DNA of 64,000 nt, taken from positions 372,001 to 436,000 of the forward strand of contig AP026145.1 in the NCBI GenBank assembly GCA_030295235.1. Direction: 5' to 3'. Shown here in pieces: positions 26,331-38,353 of this stretch (positions within the stretch are counted from its first letter, which is position 1; the number at the start of each line of letters is the position of its first letter). Below the pieces are notes generated by a model. The model saw only the letters and a list, made by a program, of their open reading frames with translations. It did no database searches and was not told the DNA's origin. This DNA is from Fistulifera solaris. Taxonomy: Eukaryota. The position numbers were made by a program, and so were the translations under genes.

Positions 26331-27518
26331 TTACAATTCACAAAATGGCGGGAGAATGCTCGCATCAACCTTTCGGAAGGCTCTTTTCGAAAAGAGTCGC
26401 GCATCCACTTCACAAATCCCCAAATTCTCCGCGGACTTTTTCCAATACTCTTTACCTGTACCTACATTGACGGATTTCGTTCGTTTCAAATGAATGAGTC
26501 GCTCACGTACCTCATCGGGGATGGACTGGCAACGACCCCCGTCAAAATGATTCTTCGACATGTTCTGGGCGGCTTGGTAAATCCCTTCCAAGGTCGCTGG
26601 ATAATACACCGAACCCCGGGGACGAGCGTCGTACGGGACTTTGGCGCAATGCACGCACATCACTCCCACCTGACGGGCCGTAATTGGTTTGTTGCGTCCT
26701 TGCACTTTGCCTCCTTTGCGGGCGCGTTCCGTTTCGACGTACACAATTTGTTGTCGTAGATAGGATTGGTACTCCGACAAGACGTACTTTTCGTCTTCGG
26801 AAAAGACGGGTACAATGGAATCGCCTTCACGGCAGGTTTTGGGTAGATTGCGATCGGATTGTTTGGGTGACGGCTTTTTGTCGGGAAGAGAAGCAGGCGG
26901 GATGGCGGGCGACGTGACGGTCTTGGAAAACGGCGGCGGCGACCGAAGGCCATCTCCAGTATCTCCTGTCAGGACTTGAGAAGCAGTGGCAAGTGATAGA
27001 AAGGAAGTAGGAGCACTTGGTGCTTCTGGGATACCATTGAACCGTAACGATAACTCGCGCAGGGAGTTGTTTTGACCCGCCAGGATGTATCGAAGCAACT
27101 CGTTGGGGAGTGCAGTCGACGACAGCGGATTCTCTAATGGCAAAGTCTGACGAGTGTTCAACAAATGTTGCGCAGCAATATTCGCTTGTGAGTTGGAGTT
27201 CAACAGATTCGGCAAGGTGAGATCCGAGGGTGCCAAAAGATTCGAGGTGGGGGCCGTGTTTAAGAGCGTATTTTGCCACGGCACATGCAATTGATCTACG
27301 GCGGTGTTATTTGCTAAGAGATGCCGCAGCAATAAAGTTTGAACCAAATCGCGTTCGTTGCTAGCATGGATTTGATTTTGATTTATCGAATGATGTAAAG
27401 CATGCAAAGTAGCATCGTCCATGAGATCCAGTAATCCCAATACATTCATTGAAGGTAAAGAAGACGACTGTTGACTTCCCGTCCTATTGTGATAGTAAGG
27501 ATTATTCGAATCCGTCAT
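26331..27518 (-). CDS. Diatom-expanded family protein with low-complexity N-terminus and C-terminal CxxC/H/C putative zinc-binding domain (possible transcription regulator)
   Basis: LSEYQSYLRQQI..GRNKPI..QVGVMCVHC..RGSVYYP..IYQAAQNM..HF..C.SIP..GKEYW..SA..LG; intact, intronless 395-aa ORF. Confidence 0.8.
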   Translation of the reverse strand: MTDSNNPYYHNRTGSQQSSSLPSMNVLGLLDLMDDATLHALHHSINQNQIHASNERDLVQTLLLRHLLANNTAVDQLHVPWQNTLLNTAPTSNLLAPSDLTLPNLLNSNSQANIAAQHLLNTRQTLPLENPLSSTALPNELLRYILAGQNNSLRELSLRFNGIPEAPSAPTSFLSLATASQVLTGDTGDGLRSPPPFSKTVTSPAIPPASLPDKKPSPKQSDRNLPKTCREGDSIVPVFSEDEKYVLSEYQSYLRQQIVYVETERARKGGKVQGRNKPITARQVGVMCVHCAKVPYDARPRGSVYYPATLEGIYQAAQNMSKNHFDGGRCQSIPDEVRERLIHLKRTKSVNVGTGKEYWKKSAENLGICEVDARLFSKRAFRKVDASILPPFCEL

Positions 27519-29154
27519 GGCGCGATTGTAACGAATGGTTATTGTTTTGAAATCAGGCGTATCTTGTTGTAAAAAACCGAAGGTTTTTCACAATACGCAG
27601 ATACGGAATGCCGAAGGCGAAACCTTGCCAGCGACCGGAACGAAGGCTCTTTCGTTGGTTGCAGTTTTTCGTTTTTGCAGATAAGGGCTGGTTACTTTTT
27701 CGAAGGTCCCCTCGTTCAAACAGTACATATTTCTACGTTACTACATTATGCCGTTATAGTCGAAACTTGTTTTGGTCAATCGACCTCCGCCGCGATAAAA
27801 GCACGACGACCATGGCGAAACGCCGTTCATGTTGCTATAACTTGTGCTAAAGGCTGCGCATTTCTCTCAAACCTGAGATATATAATTCTCTCACGGTAGG
27901 AACGCATCTCGCCGAAAATGAGAGAAAATGGCGCCACTGGGATGAAGTTTTCGGCTTTCACGTCGATTTTCTACGGTGAAAAGAACGGGTAGAATCGAAT
28001 CATGACCGTCACAACCCAATCGACTCTGACAAAAGTAAAACAGCCATTATAACCGCTTAATTCTAATTATATAATAACAATAAAAACAATGTCAAGAAAT
28101 CATTGTTTAATCGATCGGCGCCCCATCATGTTTAGGCTTGACTTGTGCGTTGTTTTACCATGGTGAGTTTTTTGTTCTATGGATTACTGTAACTCAGAGT
28201 GTACTGATACGGAGCTATCGCGACAGGACCTCTCTGCGTGTAACCAGCCCTTAAAGGAAATGACACTGGAACCTGGTGCTCTGTCTGGAAGAGTATGAAT
28301 TAATCCGCGCTCCAACAGGCCCTATTCCCGGTGCGGCCGCGGAAGACATTTTAGATATATGCGTTGGATTGCGTTACGACGAGAGAAGACATGATTGCCG
28401 TAGGAAAAGAAACTCTTCTCAGACTATAACATTTTAGGTACAGACGTTCAAGATAATCGTGAAGCAAGTATCTAAATCCGAAAGAGCGAAGACAGAAGAC
28501 GGATTTAATTACCACACCGTTTCTATCATCAAGAAGTAGATAGGGAACTTTAGACAGGCTTCTTGCTTCTTGATTTACAGAGCAGTTAGCAGTTAAGTAC
28601 AATGTACAAGTACAACCGCCACTCCCTCCTTCAACGGACTGCCGTGGGCAAATCAAATGCTCTAACCCTCTCCCTTTGGTTTCAACTATGCCCTCGGCCC
28701 AACGCCAAACGCACGCAGAAACGGGACCGCTTACTATACTCGTAGACTGTATAGCTAATTTTTTCTACTATAGCTATGGATAGTACTTTGGACCTTTCTT
28801 CCAAACAATTCTGGCCATCTGTGTCTTGTACTTCTACCGTACAGTGACGAATGTCTGGTTCTGGAGGTCACCGGGTTCTTTTTTGGCACTCGATTCTTGC
28901 TTTGTGCGAGCGCGCCGCGAAATTGATAGGGGCCTTTTTTGGCTAAATTTGTTTTCGTAGAGGGCATTGAGTACATTATGAGCAACAGCTATTTTTCTTG
29001 TATTTAATAAAAAGTAGTTTTGGAGATGGGTTTGCGGGCTGGCGTAGGTTGCAGTGCAGGTGCAGCGCATTGGCTTTGGCTCACCAATAAAAACCCCACA
29101 AAATTTTTCGGTCGTCGCTCAACAACAATAGAAATAACAACAGGTTTTGTCGAG

Positions 29155-31629
29155 ATGACGGACGCCAACCGAAGCACCATGTCTCCTCCAATGCTCAGCA
29201 TCCTCTTGGTCGGCATTATCGCGCTGAAATCGAGCCCTTATCTATCGGTATTTGTGGTTCCGTTTGGTGTTACGGCGCTCTGTGTCTTCGCCTTTTAGCG
29301 GGCGTCGTACTCTTTGTGGACCGTTACACACGTAAAGAACTGCGTCAGAGTTGTGAGGCTACGGAGCATTTGTGTGAATTGTCCAAAGGCATCCCTCCGT
29401 CGGCGCAAAGCCTCGAAGACTTTGACAGAATTTCCAACGAGATGGGACTTTCGGCGCTCTGGAAAAAAGAAATTCAAGGAAACGAAAAAGTCTTCAAGAT
29501 TCTTCTCACCGGAGTCACTGGATACGTCGGGAAAGCCTTTCTTTTCAACTCTTGCGAGAAATCGCTAACGCTGAGAAGAATGCAAAGAAAAAGCTTCCTC
29601 ACAAGGTCTACGTCATGGCGCGCGGCAACGCTCGCAAAAACCTTTCCGCGGCGACACGACTTTCGATGATTCGCGACGAACCCATGTTTGCTCCTTACAA
29701 GGAACAGTGGGATGCGGTTGTCATGGCGGCCGAGTCGGGGGATTTACAAGATGAAAACTGCGGCATGTCCCGTGAGACGCTCGACATGCTTAGAGCCGCC
29801 GAATTGACGCACATTGTTCACTGCGCGGCGGACGTGAACTTCAACCGCCCCATCCCCGAGGCCGCTGGAATGAATATTTCTCCGGCGCTCAAGCTGCAAA
29901 AAATGTCCAAGGAATGGCCAACCTGCACTCGATTCGTTCATTGCTCGACTTGTTTCATCAACCCCGAGTGTGGCACGGAAGACAATCCTCTTCCCGAAAA
30001 GTTGTATTCGTTGGGAAAATACGATCCTCAAGACATTTATGACTCGATGCGCGGTGACCAAGAACTTGCTTTGAAAGTGAAGAAAGAATTCGACTTTCCC
30101 AACAACTACTGTTTCACGAAATGCGTCGCCGAGCATTTGGTGGCCCGCAACAACGACGACGAAAAAGTAGAGCTTCGTATCGTGCGTCCTGCCATTGTGG
30201 GACCGGCTTGGTTACTTCCCAAGCGAGGCTGGAACGGCGATAAACCCTCGACAATTTCGGGTGTATTTTTGCTGTGGGGAACGCGGGTCATTCGTTTTGC
30301 ACCGGTCGTGACCTCGCCCATGCCGGTCATTCCGGTGGACGTGGTGGCCGCTTGCATCGTCAATGCCATGGTCGCGCCTCCGGCCAAAAAGGTCGCGGAC
30401 AAGTACCCGCTCAGTGTACGTAACATCATCTGGTCACACAAGTCTCCGAAACAGTTCATGTCGGGCTTGCGCATGGCCAAGTCGGCGATTCATGCGGCCA
30501 TGTCAATTGGTCATTTTACTACCACGGAAGCGTCAGTCTCCTACATGCTCTTGGACTTGGTTGTCAAAATTCCGTTCTTGTTTAGCTTCCTTCATGCTGT
30601 ATTCAACTTGGGACCCCTTTACCTGCTCAAGTTTGTGTGTTGGGTCGTCAAAACGGCAGGAATCAAGTCGGTTCTTGAAAAGGTCCCCGTCGTGCAACTC
30701 TTCAAATTCTCGGATATGCTGAACTTGTACAAACCTTTCATGGGCCGCGTCTACAAATTTGCGAGCACCATCGATGTGCCGGAAACGTTCGACAATGATT
30801 GCTACGTTGCTGGTCTAATCACGGCCACCCACTCCTTCTGGGTGAAAATGTTCCCCGGAACTGTGCAAGATCTCCGATTCCTGGAGTTGCTTCCCAAGGG
30901 CCGATTGGATTTCTGGTGGGCCATGACGCAGCCGTCGCAAACCTTCCAAAACAAGATGGTTGGTTTCTTGGCTTGCAAAATTCTACGAGCGACCTGCTCC
31001 AGTGCCGAATTTGACTTTCACTCGGCGGACGAGGTGCTGCGCTTGATGGTACAGTTGGAAAAGTCCATGGCAAGCCAAAAGCACTCACTGTGCTTCGCTT
31101 CTACCCGCAAATCGGTTCTCGACTTTATTCTTGTCAAGTTTCTTGCCTTCAACTTGTCCGCCATGGGATTTGACATCCCAACAGTTTTGTCCAAGACCGA
31201 GTTCGAGGATGCTGGCCTTTCGAAGAAGCTCGATGCCGTATCACGGAACTACGACAGACATGCATCGATCGCGGCCTTTATGGAACGAACAGGACCCAGC
31301 AAAAGCTAAATGCTACTGCTGTACAAAAAATTGCCCAGATGGCAAACGTCGATGACGTTATCATGATACCGACTTGTATGGAGCACCAAGGACTGAATGA
31401 CAGTGAAGTTCTACTGCAAGCTGTTCGAACGAACAGCGATGTTAGCCTCAATGACATGGTTTCTCTTTATTGGAAGATCTGTGTTCTCAAGCAGGCTAAG
31501 CCTGTGTCACTTGGTGATGTCCGAATTTCTTTCGGATCTCCATTTGAGCTGCAGGCTAATTCCGACACCGAAAAAGTTGTTCAAAGAGTGTACTCCGAAT
31601 TGGATCGCGTATCAAGCGCTTCTAGCTAA
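29155..31629 (+). CDS. Fatty acyl-CoA reductase fused to a C-terminal GPAT/DHAPAT-like acyltransferase domain (FARAT-like); frameshifts ~29295, ~29545, ~31300
   Basis: LLTGVTGYVGK (Rossmann), HCAADVNF, NNYCFTKCVAE (YxxxK), IVRPAIV and IPVDVVA. C-terminal STRKSVLDFILV, VIMIPTCME and LGDVRISFGSPFEL resemble GPAT blocks. Confidence 0.8.
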
Positions 31630-31794
31630 AAGCTCGCATTAAATGAGCTTGGTAAAATCTTAATCTATATGTTTTCATCCCTATTCAATCTACTATTTTA
31701 CTACAAAAATTTCTACGTTGGTAATTGAATACTCAATTTAGAATGTGTCGTGCGTTGATCCCACATTTCCCACCAATGACAAGATAGTTAGTGA

Positions 31795-33496
31795 CTACTT
31801 GTTTTTTGACCTCGATGAAGTCCGTTTGTTCGTTGCAACCGTTCTCGGTCGCGAGCTTCCCCTTGCACCGCCCCGAGAAGATGGCCCGAGTCTACTGGGA
31901 CCGCGGCCAGCTTTGGTGCTTGGACTGGTTTGCTGTTGGGCATAATCTGATTTTCGCGACGACAATCCATCAATTGGCTGACCGGACGTGACAGCGCGCT
32001 CGATGGCATTCGCGAGCACTTTATCACGCTTTGCTACTAACGCAGTGACTTTTCCTTTCTGTCCTTGTCGCGCGGTTCTTCCGGTTCTGTGTAAGTAATC
32101 CAGTGCATTCAGGGGAAAGTCAAACAAGACCACATGGTCTACCGTCGGAATATCGAGTCCTCGCGCTGCCAAATCCGTGCACACCAGTACTTGGTTTTGA
32201 TCACTGCTGCGAAACAATTTCAGATTCTCCAAACGAGCAGCCGAGTTGAGTTCTCCATGGTAAGCCAACGATGGAACAGATACTTCTGAAAGTGCAAATT
32301 GCACGGCTCGGCAAGAAGCGGCAGTGTTGCAAAACACCATTGTACGTGCGGACCTTTGTGACGCCAGCAAATCCAGCAATAGATTAATTTTGTCCGAGCC
32401 ACCCACATCGACGAATACTTGCTGCAAATGTGGAACTGTTTGATGTAGTCCTTTCGCTTTTAACACTTTCATTTTGGGAAGAAGCAAGAGTGGTTGATTC
32501 GGGGCCGATGGCTTGGCTGCCGTATTCGTTTGATGGTGCTTCTTCGCGCCCACCAGTTCATCGTCGCCCAAAATTTTTTGGATGGCCTGTGTCATGGTGG
32601 CGGACGTGAAGACCAACCGCGGAGCATCCACCTGCAAGTCCGTAGCGGGGTCGATCCCTTTTGGCCAGCTTGCTTGTGATACATAATCGGATACAGCAAT
32701 TCACGCAAGTCACCCACGAATCCCTGTTCGACAATGGTATCCATCTCATCCAGTACAATGTGTTGCACTCGGCTGAGATATATGTTACCGTCTTTCCAGT
32801 GTTTCAAAAGTCGTCCCGGGGTAGCAACTACAATATCAATGGGACGGTCGAGATCCTGTCGTTGTCGACCATACGACTTGCTACTCCCGTACAGTCCACC
32901 CGCACAAGAAAGCTTCAAACCATGACATATCTGCTTGACAATTCCAGTAATTTGCACAACAAGTTCTCGCGTTGGCGCTAAAATAATGAGTCTCGGTCGC
33001 TTGCTGGGACGTTCGCCATCTGTCGATACGTCATGTAGTTTACACAGTTGCAAGAGAGGCAAGGCGTAGGCGAGCGTTTTTCCCGACCCCGTCGCGGCTA
33101 GAAATGAAACATGATCTTTTGTTTTAATACAGCAGGAATAGCGAGTTTCTGGACCGGCGTTGGAGAAGTGAATCCGAGTTCGTCGCGCACAAAGTCGGAC
33201 AGAAGAGGCCACAAACCCAGACTATTCCATGTGACGGATTTTCCGCCGTCTGTCTCTTCCTGAGATTGCTCTGGATTCGTAAAAGGAGCTCTGCTTTTCG
33301 AGAATGCGGAAGCGTCGTTCGTAGCGAAACATCGAACGCGCGGAGCAGATTGTAACAAGAACGTGTTGTCCGACGGAACGACAATGTTCGCAGCGAGCTT
33401 CCTTCGATCAAAACGTCGTAATGCGGTGAAGCATCGCGCCCTTCCTGCAATCATGACAAATATTATTATCCAAAAGAGGTCATGATCACCAATCAA
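31795..33496 (-). CDS. DEAD-box RNA helicase, probably organelle-targeted (frameshifts ~33105, ~32640)
   Basis: Q motif FTSPTPVQ, ATGSGKT, PTREL, TPGR, DEMD, SAT, ARGLD and HRTGRTAR; signal-like leader ending ARC-F. Confidence 0.9.
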
Positions 33497-34314
33497 AGGA
33501 GGAAGATTGGGAAAAATCTTGCAGAATGCAATTTTGAGAGGCTTGCGATGGCGGGTGAGCGATGGCCATCAAGCATTTCTGCATGGACGTCAAGCATTTT
33601 ATTGGCGGCAATTATTTTACGTGAGGCGGTGGTCGAAGGACAGACATCCTTGCACCCGACTAACTAATATTTCAATCACGTACGTTTCTCAACTTCGTTT
33701 CCCATTCACTAGTGATAACGAAGTATTTTTGTTCCTGTCAACCGCTTATTCTTTCGCTGCCTAGTACATCCTTGCTCATCAAGTTTATCACATGCAGGGG
33801 TGAGCAAATATATACGATAAAGCAACGAACTAAAAAAACGTCGAACGCAAATGGAAGGCCGAATATGATTCCATTCTAACTTGCTTTCCGCAAAACTCAT
33901 ATCTTTCTGACTGGCATTTGGCATTCGAGTTTGCTACTTTGGACGTGAGATTCATCAACGAACTGCCACTTTGAATGGGAAATTTCCCCAGATCTCAAAA
34001 ATTACTATAGGCCAAAGTGTTGTCCGTTTTCTCCAAGACTAGTTTCTCAGTCACGAGGTGCATACTGTTTCGATACGTAGAAATGTGTTTTTTCGGATAA
34101 ACGACAATATAATCCATCACAAAGCTATAATAACGATTTTGCTGACCCATGATTGTCGATTGCTGAATACGTTCCATAATGATCACGTAGAGTTGTTGGT
34201 CGTAGCAATTATGGACATTGGACTAATTACCATCATGTAAACAGTAGATTACTTTTTTTGTGACTGAACTGAATGTAATCACGCATATTCACATCCCCAG
34301 ATTTTCTGAACGCT

Positions 34315-34520
34315 CATATTTTCTGGGAACGTGAAAATACCTACGGAGTATTTTCTGGAAACGTGAAAATCAAGGAAATAACACGGTGGGAATACCACTC
34401 GCCCACATTTTCTGGACACGTAAAAACGACTCCTCGCCCATATTTTCTGGACACGTAAAAACGACTCCTCGCCCATATTTTCTGGACACGTAAAAACGAC
34501 ACACCCACATTTTCTGGACA
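34315..34520. repeat. Minisatellite: 35-bp unit (tctggacacgtaaaaacgactcctcgcccatattt), about 3.5 copies plus two degenerate upstream units
   Basis: tctggaca at 34411, 34446, 34481 and 34513; related ttttctggRaacgtgaaaat at ~34319 and ~34351. Confidence 0.85.
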
Positions 34521-34663
34521 AGTGTCAAACTGTAACAATTGTTTGGAGTTTATGGACTTGGGATAACCTTATCACAAACGAATAGATCATTATTCGTTAC
34601 TCATCCGACTGAAACTGTCATCTTTCTTTGTTGCTTGATTGACTGAATCGCCCTTTGCACACA

Positions 34664-35209
34664 AAGATGACGGGGAAAACGAGCCGATACATTTGGATCG
34701 TTTGCTTGATCAGTGGTGTCATGCTGACATCTTCCTTCACCGCGCCGTCCCGGCGGCCGCACACTTCTTTGATCCGACCGCCCTTTTGTAAAGAAACAAA
34801 CTTGCATCTTGCACTCACGGAGTTTTCTTCTTCCATTATCATGGCGGAAACTGAATCGTGGCGTCAGTATGTTCCATTGGCCGTCAGCGCCTTGGTGATT
34901 TTGGACATTCTACTGGGGTCACCGGCAGCGAATTCTGTCATGGATCTCATGCGGGCCCAAGAGAACGATGATGATGCAGAAGCGCCGCGATCGGAAAAAC
35001 GACAAACTGTCGTCAATACGGCGGAACGGGTCGACTCCATGGCGGTAGCCCAGGCAGCCATTGACAAAGCCAATGCTACTCTGGAGTTGAAACGATTTCT
35101 GGAAGAACAGAAAACGGATTGGGATAAAATGGAAGATATACGAAAGAAGATGGATCGACAAATGCAAGAACTGGATGAGAAAATAAAGGAACAGAGGGAA
35201 CAATCGTAA
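34664..35209 (+). CDS. Hypothetical plastid-targeted protein with one TM and a C-terminal coiled coil
   Basis: Signal peptide ending TSS-F, a transit-like segment, TM (VPLAVSALVILDILLG) and a coiled-coil tail. Confidence 0.65.
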   Translation, partial: KMTGKTSRYIWIVCLISGVMLTSSFTAPSRRPHTSLIRPPFCKETNLHLALTEFSSSIIMAETESWRQYVPLAVSALVILDILLGSPAANSVMDLMRAQENDDDAEAPRSEKRQTVVNTAERVDSMAVAQAAIDKANATLELKRFLEEQKTDWDKMEDIRKKMDRQMQELDEKIKEQREQS

Positions 35210-35943
35210 TCGAGTCAACTTGTCGATGATTCTAGTGGCGACGTTATATGGGCATGCAACAAAATTCAGCCCGCTATTGCAATTTATTATTTTCAGGAAC
35301 ACACAATACACAAGGGGAACGCTTGTCAAGGACGACAGTATCTACAAGAAATCGTGTTGAAAGGATGAGATCGTACATTATACAGTAGCAAACCAGTTGT
35401 CGAATTGAGCTTTAACAATCATTCTATTCCTTTTAGTATGACTTTCATGCGTATTTTAGTAGCCATCATCGTAGCGTTTATAGTATACTTCACAGGAATG
35501 GTCCCCTTTTCCAATCAAGCCCGTGTTGTAACGTCGCAGAAACAACACAATATAAACGAACTTGGTCCAGGTATATGGCCAAAGACACCGTTAACGACGA
35601 ATTGATCATTTGAAAGCAACACAGTGAACAGGACAGAGTATCTCACTCACATTGTGGGCCCTGGGTCACAGAGATAATATTATAAAACTCCGAAAAAAGC
35701 TACGTAGCAAATGCCGGGACTGAAATTGAGTCAAATGTAGGGACAGTATTATACTCTAAATCGGATAGTAGAAGGGTCACAAAAGACTTCACCCAGGAAA
35801 ATTATGACCTTTGCACTGACGACAACTATTTTTATTCCCCTTCCAAGACAAAAACAAGAAACAAGGATCGGGAACCTTTTTATTAAAAACAAAGTATTTC
35901 ATTTGTTTGAGCCGACCGAAACATTGAAGCAGTAAAAGTCAGC

Positions 35944-37135
35944 ATGAAACCGCAAGCGCTGCAGGATGCGATCAAAGGACTGGCTCTGAAAAAAGCAAGA
36001 AAAGGGCGAATGGAAGGATCCTTACGTGAAAAAGTACACCATCACGAAAGAAGACTATTTGCGAGAAAAGCAACGCAGCAATCCAATGGCGGCTCGGTCG
36101 TTGGAAGAACCAGCTAGTACTCTTCCCGCGGATCCAATCTTGTTGACCCAGATGCGAGCCTTGTTGGAGCAAATGCAAGCCGAAAAGTACGACTGGAAGA
36201 AGGAACGCGACAGTTTGATGAATGAAATGGATCAAGTCCGAACACAAATGAAGACGAGGATTGCTACCACCAGTTCGAATGCCGATAGTAACAATACTTC
36301 CGCGGCAGAAGTGAGTTCTTTACGAGCCGAAGTCAATGGCTTGAAGCAAGAATTGGAACGATTGCAGATATCGCATGCCAAGGAGACGGAAGCTTTACGA
36401 AAAGAAGTGGCATCAGCTAAATACACTACCCCTAGCACCCCGTCGAGTTCTTATTCTGACACCTCGAAAAGTGAAATAGAAGCTCTTCGACGAGAACTGC
36501 AATCACTGCGATCTGTTGCGAAAGAAGTGGACGAACTCAAAGACGAAATTGCCAAACTCCAAGCGAAAGCATCGACAGCACAAAATGGGTCCACTGGAAG
36601 GGATATCGATGATCTGAAGGGAGAATTGTCTCAGCTAAAGACGAAAGTGGTCAGTTCAAACGATATTATTGACGACCTGCGCAAGGAAATTGCCGAACTG
36701 AAAGGGGCCGATGGCGCGCGACCCAGTACGCCCTCGAGAACCAAGGCCACAGTAGACCTTCAAAACTCACTCAATTCACCCTTGAAGAGAGGGAAAGAAA
36801 AGAGCACGCTTCCATCCTGCAAGCCACATTCGGTGCAAGAACTCTCCGACCGCCAGCGCAAAGATAAGATCTTGAAAGAGTACTTGCTTTCCAAAACCGG
36901 TTTGCCGTTTTCGTACAAGAGCATGTCGATTCCGGATTACAAAAACGAAGAAGGCGAAATTAAACACTTGGTCTGTTTTGACAATCGACTCTACATTCCC
37001 AAAAAGTTACGAGACGTCACCATGGAGTATTACGTGCAGCATCATCCTTATGATTCGTACACCGCCATGGAACGACACTGCATCTGGCCGGATTGCGAGG
37101 AAGAAATGAAGGAATACAAGAAGAATAGATCATAA
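35944..37135 (+). CDS. Coiled-coil protein with a C-terminal retroelement integrase zinc-binding (H2C2)-like module
   Basis: Long heptad region, then HLVCFDNRLYIPKKLRDVTMEYYVQHHPYDSYTAMERHCIWPDC; 5' end probably frameshifted. Confidence 0.65.
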
Positions 37136-37180
37136 AATTTAATAGGAATGAGAATTGATTTTCTCTTTCTTTGAGATGGT

Positions 37181-38049
37181 TTACTTCCCCGGCCGTTTTA
37201 AAATGAAAACGGAACCTTTATGACCCCTTGTTATCCGCATCGTATCATCAATGTAGACTGTTTTCAACCAACCTGTGGGACCCAGAATGCCCAATGGAAT
37301 GTTCCAATCGAGCAACGACGACTTGATCGTGAAACGACACGCCCGAAATTTGACATCAATTTGTCGTGCATGGATTCGATTCGGTACAAAATCGACCAAC
37401 ACCGTGACCGTGGCTCGTTGTCGTTTCCCAAACAGATTGATGTCGACTGTGACAACATTGATCACCTGCTTCGATTTCATGTCGATTGTTTGTGTGCTTC
37501 GAAAGTCACCGACTGAGGTTGTCAAACCGACTTCTTCTAACTTATCTTCTAAAGCGCGAGGAAGAATAGGGTTGGATCGACCTTCTCGAAAGGGGTTGTT
37601 ACTATACGATTGATTCTCCAAGGGATTGATCCAAGATAAGAACAATCGGTTCGACTCGGGTGTATTGGGGTCTTGCGCCGTCCAGATAAGTTCCCACGGA
37701 CCTAGAACACAAATTGAATCAATCACGTTGAATCAGAAGAAGAAGAAGTCGGCGAACGGCAGTATCAACTTACCGGCCAAGGCTTGCAGAACTTCTGCAT
37801 CAGGCGTGGGACATTCCTTCTCTAACAATCGGACCGTCGTCAAGATATCGGTAGTGAGCTTCTGACTGGTAGGTGTATTCTTCGGAGCCTGTTGAAGGAG
37901 CTCAAAAGACCGTCCTTGGTACTTGTCGTAACTTGAAGACCCTGCTTTGAAACACGCGATGAAGAGCGATGGCGGACGACAAAAGCAGATGCCAATGAGA
38001 GGGCGTGAAAGAAGTATGCCGCCACCAAATACACAACACTTCGAGGCAT
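37181..38049 (-). CDS. Plastid PAP/fibrillin-family protein (intron ~37771-37703, frameshift ~37880)
   Basis: Bipartite presequence ..LASA-FVV; LGPWELIWT; GWLKTVYIDDTMRITRGHKGSVFILKR. Confidence 0.85.
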
Positions 38050-38353
38050 ATAATTAGTTTGTTTTCCTATCAGGAGATTGAAGTAATGTAATGTTTATTA
38101 CTCCGTAGATACGACAACCTCTTTCTAATAATTTTTTCTTTTTGTGAGAAAGATCGCAATGCGACCGAGCGCAAAACAAACGTAAGTCACGAGTAAAAAC
38201 TGGGGCGCGCGCAAGCGCGCTTACAAGAACCGCCCGTCGTCCGGCACTTGTTTCATCCTCACCAAAATGGACCGCATCTTCTTTGCACACAACATTTTTG
38301 TGAGTTTGCAGAAGACGACGAACTAACATCTTCAAATTATTACATATTGAACG

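Noticed and set aside
28340..29110. Possible transposon remnant upstream of the FAR gene
   Set aside because: Short T-rich motifs only; no TIR, TSD or coding similarity that I could support
34315..34520. CRISPR-like array interpretation of the 35-bp repeats
   Set aside because: Repeats are head-to-tail without spacers
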